Shown here: piece after piece, positions 18,214 to 24,137 of the stretch
Numbering within the stretch: the first letter of the stretch is position 1
Layout of the letters: each line of letters opens with the position of its first letter
From: Halomicrobium mukohataei DSM 12286
Lineage (GTDB): Archaea; Halobacteriota; Halobacteria; Halobacteriales; Haloarculaceae
Assembly (NCBI RefSeq): GCF_000023965.1
Contig: NC_013202.1
Span: 2,550,001 to 2,582,000, forward strand
Direction of reading: 5' to 3'
Length of the DNA: 32,000 nt
Position numbers and translations under genes: made by a program
The notes under the pieces: model-generated
The model's database searches: none
Seen by the model: the letters and a program-made list of their open reading frames with translations, nothing else
Told to the model about the DNA's origin: nothing

Positions 18214-18777
18214 ATGAAATCCGTTGAACTATCTGTGAAATTCGACGAGAACCCAGTTAGTCAGGCGATGGTCACTGGGAGAATTCAGGTTGTCGCAGAC
18301 GGACAGACCTTAACTCGTCTTATTGACGAGAACGGCGAACTCGTTACCGACAGGACGGCCCCATGCGGATACGTCGGAACACGTATTTTATTTGATTTGC
18401 TCAATCTAACGAAAGCGGTGAGTTTACTGAAACGCGGCAATGTAGGTCTTTACGAGCAGTATCGATCCGAATTTACTGGAGAACGGTTTGACTTGTTATT
18501 TGAACGGCTGTCGGATAACGCTGTCCGGATCTGTTATCAAGATCGAACGACCAAGTCCAAATCGGTTGAGCATCCAGCACCACCTGCTGAAGTGGCATTG
18601 GGTGCTTCTGTAGAACTTGATGAGCTCTGCGATCAGGTGATCTCATGTGATGAACGACTTCTCAAGTTTGCAAGAGAGGCTGATTTGGATGTTGAAGAGC
18701 CGCCGCTTGCCGCCATCTCAGAGATTGTGAGTGAGTTGGAGAGATTGCGGGAGGATTACGAGGGCTTCCCACAGTGA
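18214..18777 (+). CDS. hypothetical protein, cargo of the composite element
   Basis: 187 aa from ATG 18214; the track ORF starts at TTG 18175. TATA-like ATTATTA lies about 25 nt upstream. Low GC. No motif I recognise. It is the only ORF of at least 60 aa between the two MITE copies. Confidence 0.6.
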   Translation: MKSVELSVKFDENPVSQAMVTGRIQVVADGQTLTRLIDENGELVTDRTAPCGYVGTRILFDLLNLTKAVSLLKRGNVGLYEQYRSEFTGERFDLLFERLSDNAVRICYQDRTTKSKSVEHPAPPAEVALGASVELDELCDQVISCDERLLKFAREADLDVEEPPLAAISEIVSELERLREDYEGFPQ

Positions 18778-18828
18778 TTCAGTTCTCCATCTAAGCTTTT
18801 ACTGAACAGCATCGCGTTAAGTTTGGCG

Positions 18829-19123
18829 TGCTCTGTTGAATCCGCAGACGGCACTGGGATTGAGGCTGAAGACACAGTTATCAGACTCCATTGGTGACGA
18901 ATTCTTACAACCGACCTTCGATTGATGGGTCAGCTTTGGAGAGCGAAAGCAGATTCTGACTCGCTATTTGTTGCCGAGTCCATCTGACACACTGGACGCT
19001 ATAGTAGCCATTGAAAATCAATGCACACCCGATCGCACGACAGCAGTGCGATCGGTGTGTAAATCGTTTCAATTGTTACTATAGCCCGTCGACTTGGCCG
19101 CCATCACCGGATTCAACAGAGTA
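18829..19123 (+). mobile_element. MITE copy 2 (295 bp)
   Basis: Same ends and orientation as copy 1. Six substitutions relative to copy 1. Confidence 0.8.
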
Positions 19124-19131
19124 GTTTCAAG
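19124..19131. repeat. right copy of the 8-bp target-site duplication GTTTCAAG
   Basis: See 17847-17854. Confidence 0.6.
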
Positions 19132-19184
19132 AGATTCGCGATACGGGATCGCGAAATTCTTCACAGACGTACAGCCGGTAGTAT
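19132..19184. repeat. right part of a small palindromic intergenic element split by the transposon (left part 17832-17854)
   Basis: GTACAGCCGGTAGTAT (19169-19184) is the inverted partner of ATACTGGCTGTA (17832-17843). Internal hairpin TTCGCGAT-ACGGG-ATCGCGAA. After removing the insertion and one TSD copy the element is 76 bp, similar in ends, length and layout to 23237-23315. Confidence 0.45.
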
Positions 19185-19254
19185 CAGAAACGAAAGGCTC
19201 CGCTGTGGGCAACTCGGACTGGGTTTTATCCGCTGTCGGCCCGAGCTACCCCGT

Positions 19255-19965
19255 ATGTCAGTCGAATTTGACTTCGACGGCAGCGTCGTACTGGTGACCG
19301 GCGTCGGCGGTGCTCTCGGTGGTGCCGTCGCTCGTGCGTTCGACGACGCCGGTGCGACGGTCTGTGGAGCCGACATCGTCGCCCCGGAGAGCGAGGACTT
19401 CCTGCTCGACGAGACGGAAGCCATCGACTACTACCAGGGCGATTTCACCGACGAGGACGACGTGGCCGACATCGTGGCCGGTGTGGTCGAAGAGCACGGC
19501 CGCCTCGACGCCCTCTGTAACATCGCCGGGACGTGGCGCGGCGGCGATCCGATCCACGAGACCGACGCCGACACGTTCGACTTCCTGTTCGACGTAAATC
19601 TCAAGACGATGTTTCTGGCGTCGAAACACGCGCTTCCGCACCTCCGAGAGAGTGAGGGTGCCGTCGTCTCGGTCTCGGCGCGCTCCTCGCTTGAGGGTGG
19701 CGAGGGCGACGGAATCTACCGCGCGACCAAGGCCGGCGTGCGACTTCTGACCGAGACGATTGCCGCCGAAAACGAGGGGGTCGTCCGGGCCAACGCGGTC
19801 ATGCCGAGCGTCATCGACACGCCGATGAACCGCGAGATGATGCCCGACGCCGACTTCGAGACGTGGGTCGACCCGGACGATATCGCGACGATGATGCTGT
19901 TCCTGTGCTCGGAGGGAGCCCCCGTCACCAGCGGCGCTGCGGTCCCGGTGTACGGCGAAGCCTGA
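19255..19965 (+). CDS. short-chain dehydrogenase/reductase (SDR) family oxidoreductase
   Basis: 236 aa. Motifs: TGVGGALGGAVA (TGxxxGxG), NIAG, and YRATK (YxxxK). Confidence 0.9.
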   Translation: MSVEFDFDGSVVLVTGVGGALGGAVARAFDDAGATVCGADIVAPESEDFLLDETEAIDYYQGDFTDEDDVADIVAGVVEEHGRLDALCNIAGTWRGGDPIHETDADTFDFLFDVNLKTMFLASKHALPHLRESEGAVVSVSARSSLEGGEGDGIYRATKAGVRLLTETIAAENEGVVRANAVMPSVIDTPMNREMMPDADFETWVDPDDIATMMLFLCSEGAPVTSGAAVPVYGEA

Positions 19966-20015
19966 CGCGCTGGTAGCCCCGGCCTGCCGAACACAGCGGG
20001 CCGGTCACCCGATCC

Positions 20016-20492
20016 TCAGATAGCCTCGACGGCGTCGAGCACGTCGTCGTACTCCGGCTCGACGCCGGGATCGTCGCTCACCCAGGCGTACTGGACGACG
20101 CCGTCGCCGTCGATGACGAACACGGAGCGTTTGGCGACGCCGTCGACACCCAGTTCGTCGAAGTCCATCGAGAGGCCCCACTCGTCGACGACCTCGCGGT
20201 TCGAGTCGCTGAGCAGGTCGAACTCCAGACCGAGCTTGTCGCGGAACTCGTTCTGTGAGAACGGCGTGTCGATGCTGACGCCGTACACGCTCGCGCCGGC
20301 CTCGCTGAAGTCGTCGAGGCGATCCTGGAACGTGTTCATCTCGTGGGTACAGACGCCGGTGAACGCACCCGGGAAGAAAGCGAGGACGATCGGTGCCTCG
20401 TCGAGGCGGTCTGTGAGCGTGAACGACTCGATGTCACCGTTCGCCAGTGGTGCCGTAAACGACGGCGCTTCGTCACCAGTAGAGAGCATCAC
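20016..20492 (-). CDS. peroxiredoxin (AhpC/TSA, Bcp-like)
   Basis: 158 aa. FFPGAFTGVCTHE peroxidatic-Cys motif. Confidence 0.9.
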   Translation of the reverse strand: MMLSTGDEAPSFTAPLANGDIESFTLTDRLDEAPIVLAFFPGAFTGVCTHEMNTFQDRLDDFSEAGASVYGVSIDTPFSQNEFRDKLGLEFDLLSDSNREVVDEWGLSMDFDELGVDGVAKRSVFVIDGDGVVQYAWVSDDPGVEPEYDDVLDAVEAI

Positions 20493-20578
20493 TCACCCGT
20501 AGCGGGTACCAGATCAAGTCGCTTGCGTTCCAGAACCTCCCGAGCGATACGGTTCGTCGATCAGGGTGAGCAAAAAGC

Positions 20579-20586
20579 CTATATTA
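20579..20586 (+). promoter_or_regulatory. TATA box of tatA
   Basis: CTATATTA is centred 28 nt upstream of ATG 20611. Confidence 0.45.
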
Positions 20587-20610
20587 GACCTCACGCTAAG
20601 TCCTGCTACA

Positions 20611-20904
20611 ATGGTAGCAACCCTACTGCAGATCGGTTTACCGGGGACCCAGGAGATGATGATCATTCTCCTGATCGCGGTCCTGCTGTTCGGTGCAAAC
20701 AAGATCCCGAAGCTCGCTCGCTCGACGGGTGAGGCGATGGGCGAGTTCCAGAAAGGCCGCGAGGAAGTCGAGCAGGAACTCGAAGAGATCCGCGAGGGCC
20801 CAGGCGAGAGTCAGGGCGCGACCGAGGAGCCCGACTCCGAGTTCGTCGAGACGACCGCCGACGACACCGCTTCGGAGACCGCCTCCGAAACAGCCACCGA
20901 GTAA
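20611..20904 (+). CDS. tatA: twin-arginine translocase subunit TatA/E
   Basis: 97 aa from ATG 20611. Single TM helix MMIILLIAVLLFGANKIP followed by an amphipathic helix and an acidic tail. Confidence 0.85.
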   Translation: MVATLLQIGLPGTQEMMIILLIAVLLFGANKIPKLARSTGEAMGEFQKGREEVEQELEEIREGPGESQGATEEPDSEFVETTADDTASETASETATE

Positions 20905-21019
20905 CGCCCGCGACGGTCCCGACAGGTTCCCAATCCCTTCTCCATCCATCCACCGGTTAGCTCCTGGGTCCCACGGCGGAACAGCAGCGTTTTTCAGCCG
21001 TCTCGTACACCGCTCGATA

Positions 21020-21093
21020 GGGCGTGTGGCCTAGTGGACGAGGGCGAGGGGTTCCTAACCCCTCGATCGCGGGTTCGAATCCCGCCACGCCCG
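21020..21093 (+). tRNA. tRNA-Arg (anticodon CCU)
   Basis: Manual cloverleaf. Acceptor GGGCGTG/CACGCCC. Anticodon stem AGGGG/CCCCT with loop TTCCTAA. 5-nt variable loop. T arm GCGGG-TTCGAAT-CCCGC. Discriminator G. No encoded CCA. Confidence 0.9.
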
Positions 21094-21117
21094 TGCAGCG
21101 AACGCAGTGAGCGAACC

Positions 21118-21132
21118 GGCATGGCGGGATTC
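21118..21132 (-). repeat. inverted partial copy of the tRNA-Arg 3' end
   Basis: GGCATGGCGGGATTC is the reverse complement of GAATCCCGCCACGCC (21077-21091) in 14 of 15 positions. Confidence 0.8.
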
Positions 21133-21176
21133 TAATCAGGGAGGTCGCGCGCAGCGAAGCGAGCACGTCCGACCGT

Positions 21177-21198
21177 GGTTCGAATCCCGCCACGCCCG
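21177..21198 (+). repeat. direct 22-nt copy of the tRNA-Arg 3' end
   Basis: GGTTCGAATCCCGCCACGCCCG is identical to 21072-21093. Confidence 0.9.
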
Positions 21199-21274
21199 CT
21201 TCGTGGTTTCTCGCGTCCGCTCGAAACACACTTGCGGCCGTGGCGTAGCTCGCAAACGCTCCGCGTTTGCTCAC

Positions 21275-21290
21275 TCCCGCCACGCCCGCT
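21275..21290 (+). repeat. direct 16-nt partial copy of the tRNA-Arg 3' end
   Basis: TCCCGCCACGCCCGCT is identical to 21185-21200. Its first 14 nt are identical to the tRNA 3' end at 21080-21093. Confidence 0.75.
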
Positions 21291-21463
21291 CTCTCACCCC
21301 GTTCGTTCGCGGCCGTCATGCAGGTCGCGAAGCGTCGTGTTCGATCACGCCCGTCGGCCCGCACTCAGTACGACACGGACCCACGAAGCACCGAGCAAAG
21401 CGAGACGGTCGGCCGGAACACGGTTCTTGCCGTCACAGCGCGACAGACGCGACCGAGCCGTGG

Positions 21464-22342
21464 TTACTCCTCGACGACGATGCCGCCGCGCTGGCCGATC
21501 CCCTCGTGAGGGCGGCAGGCGTACAGGTAGACGCCCGGTTCGTCGAAGGTCACTTCGAAGTGGCGGCCGCTCTCGCTGTAGATGTCCGAGGTCCCGATGT
21601 CGCCCTGGAACGCGATGTCGTGTGCGCCACCGTCGCCGGTCCACTCGAACGCGACAGTCGTTCCGGTCGAACACCTGACTGCGAGCGGATCGAACGCGAA
21701 GTTACCGCCGTTACCGGGGCTGCCGACGGTCACAGAGACCGCGTCCGAGTCCGTGCGGTCGGCGAGGCTCCCGTCCCAGCCGTCGACGTCGACGAGCCAG
21801 TGGTCGAGGTCGGGATAGCCACTCTCCGGCGGCTTCCGGACCCGGATCACGCCTTTCAGTCCGTCGTCCCGCCGAGGTTCGGAGACGTAGGGGTACACGC
21901 CGGTCGTCTCGAAGTGGTGGGAGTAGGTCTCGTTTGGCCGGTCGGTGGCCTCGCCGCTATCGAAGCTGCCGTCGACCGCGACGACGTTGTGTGGGCCGCC
22001 GTGGTCGAGCCAGCGCCACACCACCGTCGTGCCGGGCGTGACGGTGACGGCCGGCGGGTCGAAGGCGTAGCCGTCGCCCTCTATCGGATGTCCGACCAGT
22101 ACCTCGACCAGGTCGTCGTAACCGACGTTTCGGGAGCGGCCGTCGTAGCCGTTGGCGTCGGCGAGCCACGCGTCGAGGTCGTCGACCGGGGCGTCGGTCG
22201 ACGAGGGTGTCGCTGTCGTCGGCGTCGGAGTCGCCGCCGCAGGTGAGCCGGACCGGCCGGACCCGAGACGGGCGGCGAGTGCCGGGACCGACGCGAACGA
22301 TACGCCCTGGAGGAGCTGTCGTCTGGAGAGGGACCGTCGCAT
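21464..22342 (-). CDS. Tat-secreted two-domain cupredoxin (halocyanin-like)
   Basis: 292 aa. Tat motif SRRQLL. Two plastocyanin-like repeats. The C-terminal repeat has GGAHD...CRPHEGIGQ (His, Cys, His, Gln). The N-terminal repeat has GGPHN but SEPRRDDGL in place of CxPHxxxxM. Confidence 0.8.
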   Translation of the reverse strand: MRRSLSRRQLLQGVSFASVPALAARLGSGRSGSPAAATPTPTTATPSSTDAPVDDLDAWLADANGYDGRSRNVGYDDLVEVLVGHPIEGDGYAFDPPAVTVTPGTTVVWRWLDHGGPHNVVAVDGSFDSGEATDRPNETYSHHFETTGVYPYVSEPRRDDGLKGVIRVRKPPESGYPDLDHWLVDVDGWDGSLADRTDSDAVSVTVGSPGNGGNFAFDPLAVRCSTGTTVAFEWTGDGGAHDIAFQGDIGTSDIYSESGRHFEVTFDEPGVYLYACRPHEGIGQRGGIVVEE

Positions 22343-22581
22343 AGCGAGTGAGAGCTACTGGGGGCTCGCTCGTAAAAGGGACCCCCGGTTTGCAGGATCT
22401 GGAAAGCATGACTTTTCCCTTTACATTGCGGGGACGATACTACGGTGGGCACGCCGCGCGCGGTTCCCCGCCGTCCGACTCGGACCGCTACCATTCCCAA
22501 GCCTCCACCCGACTGGCAGACAGTCTTGTTCCGACTGGTCCGGTCGGACGCGACCGCAGCGGCCACGGCCCACAGAGACGC

Positions 22582-22941
22582 ATGACTGACGAGGTGCCGT
22601 CCGAACAGGCCCTGTTCGATGCACTGGCAGACCCCGACTGCCGCGCGATCGTCGCCGCGCTCGACGAACCGACGACGGCCAAGGGAGTCGCCGACCAGTG
22701 TGATCTCTCGCAGACGAGTGCCTACAGGAAGCTGGAGACGCTGAGCGACGCGGCGCTGGTCGCCGAGCGAACGAAAGTCCGGGACGACGGCCACCACACG
22801 ACGCAGTTCGTCAGGGACTTCAGGGGCGTGTTCGTGGCGTTCGACGGCGACGAATCGTTCGACGTAGACGTCGTCGACCACGAGGAGACACCGGACGAGC
22901 GCCTCGCGCGCTTCTGGTCACAGATCAGTGAGGAACTATGA
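22582..22941 (+). CDS. winged-helix (ArsR-like) transcriptional regulator
   Basis: 119 aa from ATG 22582. LFDALADPDCRAIVAAL...SQTSAYRKLETL helix-turn-helix pattern. The upstream part of the 197-aa ORF is basic and unlike halophile proteins. Confidence 0.7.
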   Translation: MTDEVPSEQALFDALADPDCRAIVAALDEPTTAKGVADQCDLSQTSAYRKLETLSDAALVAERTKVRDDGHHTTQFVRDFRGVFVAFDGDESFDVDVVDHEETPDERLARFWSQISEEL

Positions 22942-23237
22942 ACACGGAGATACCGCTCGTCGTCATCGCGTTCAAGACGGGCACGTTGGCGCTCGGGGCG
23001 TTGATCACCTATCTGGCCGCGAAAGCGGGGTACAGGACCGGCGCGTCCGGACTACTGTACCTCGCAGCCGGATTCGGCGTCGTCACGTTCGGCTCGCTGC
23101 TGGCCGGCATCGCCGATCAGTTGATCGCCGATCCGTCGGTGGCGCTGGTCGTCGAGAGCGCGTTGACCTTCGTCGGCTTCGGGATCATCGCGTACTCGCT
23201 GTACGTCACGAGAAGTAATGGGACCGACCGCGGCTGA
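22938..23237 (+). CDS. small membrane protein (3 predicted TM helices), co-transcribed with the HTH regulator
   Basis: 99 aa with hydrophobic segments. ATGA overlap with the regulator gene (22938-22941). Confidence 0.7.
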   Translation: MNTEIPLVVIAFKTGTLALGALITYLAAKAGYRTGASGLLYLAAGFGVVTFGSLLAGIADQLIADPSVALVVESALTFVGFGIIAYSLYVTRSNGTDRG

Positions 23238-23315
23238 TACTGCCGACTGTCTGTCTGTGACGAATTTTGCGACCCCGTGTCGCGAATATCGCGAAACAGT
23301 GACAGCCGGCAGTAT
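23237..23315. repeat. 79-bp palindromic intergenic element (15-bp terminal inverted repeats)
   Basis: ATACTGCCGACTGTC (23237-23251) versus GACAGCCGGCAGTAT (23301-23315) is complementary in 14 of 15 positions. Interior contains TCGCGAATATCGCGAA. The element fills the gap between convergent genes and starts in the stop codon of 22938-23237. Confidence 0.55.
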
Positions 23316-23394
23316 AAGACGAGGCGGTCAGTGAGCGGTGTCGCCGCCCGGTGGCGGCGAGACGATCGTCACGAGGCTGGCGTCGGCCGGATCG

Positions 23395-23934
23395 TCACTC
23401 GACGACGATAGCGCCCTTCATCCCCAGCGACTTGTGGGGCGTACAGTAGTAGCGGAAGGTACCGCTCGACTCGAAGGTGTGTTCGTACTCGACGCCCTCG
23501 GTGTCGACTGCTCCGCCGGAGTCCAGCGGACCGTCACCCTCGGACTTCACGTTGTGGGTTCCGCCCTCGCCGGTCCACTCGAACTCGACCGTCGTGCCCG
23601 AGGAGATCTGGACGGCAGCGGGGTCGTACCCGAACGCGCCGCCGTTGGCCTCTGCCCCGACCGTGACGGTGACGGTGTCCTGTCCGGTCATGTCGGCGAC
23701 CGTCCCGTCGAAGTTCGACGTTTCGCCGAGGTAGTCGGCGACCTCGTCGCTGGCCTCCATCGACGAACCGCCGCTCTCGGTCATCTCCGCTTCCGTGGCG
23801 CTCTCGGTCATCTCGTCGTCCGTCGCGCTCTCGGTGGCGTCGCCGCCGTCCCCACTACAGCCAGCGAGGAGGCCTGCTGCGGCGATTGCACCGGTACTGC
23901 GGAGGAGCGTCCGTCGGTTCAGGGAGTCACTCAT
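23395..23934 (-). CDS. halocyanin (type 1 blue copper lipoprotein, Tat-exported)
   Basis: 179 aa from ATG 23934. Tat motif NRRTLL, lipobox LAGC, acidic linker, and copper ligands GGTHN...YYCTPHKSLGM. Confidence 0.9.
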   Translation of the reverse strand: MSDSLNRRTLLRSTGAIAAAGLLAGCSGDGGDATESATDDEMTESATEAEMTESGGSSMEASDEVADYLGETSNFDGTVADMTGQDTVTVTVGAEANGGAFGYDPAAVQISSGTTVEFEWTGEGGTHNVKSEGDGPLDSGGAVDTEGVEYEHTFESSGTFRYYCTPHKSLGMKGAIVVE

Positions 23935-24137
23935 AGACACAGCGACGTAGGAGGGGGAGACGGATAAGGTGGCCGAACACGGGGAATCCCGCCGGATGGG
24001 GTGCGATGACACGCGACAGCGAAACGCGGCTCGTCGGGGCATCTGGCGGCGTCGAAACGGCGACGACCAACGTTCGTTGGGGTGGTGTTCATTGTTCGTG
24101 TGGACGAAGGGCGGGACATGCGACAGAGTGGTTCGCA

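Larger units (their letters stand above)
17855..19123 (+). mobile_element. composite non-autonomous transposon: MITE - cargo ORF - MITE
   Basis: Two direct 295-bp copies with their own terminal inverted repeats. 8-bp direct repeat only at the outer junctions. Sampled lines are about 45-53% GC versus about two-thirds in flanking DNA. No transposase inside. Confidence 0.7.

Noticed and set aside
20990-20994. T5 tract between tatA and tRNA-Arg as a defined terminator
   Set aside because: It is ambiguous. It lies 86 nt after the tatA stop and about 26 nt before the tRNA 5' end, so it could equally be part of the tRNA promoter (TATA-like). It was not assigned.
21148-21166. Shared AGCGAAGCGAG-type motif between the region downstream of the tRNA (also about 21392-21405) and the 68-bp tandem unit
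   Set aside because: The match is only about 11 nt of low-complexity GC-rich sequence. That is expected by chance in a 32-kb window of this composition and is insufficient to link the two loci.
21094-21463. An integrated provirus or plasmid at tRNA-Arg
   Set aside because: The tRNA-end repeats are only about 100 bp apart. There is no integrase and no element-sized, compositionally distinct insert. Only scars or att-like fragments can be claimed.
24006-24137. Longer start for the photolyase-family gene
   Set aside because: The extra 44 codons are basic (RRAGHATEW...) and overlap the promoter region shared with the halocyanin gene. The family-typical N-terminus begins at MTVLVLGDQL.
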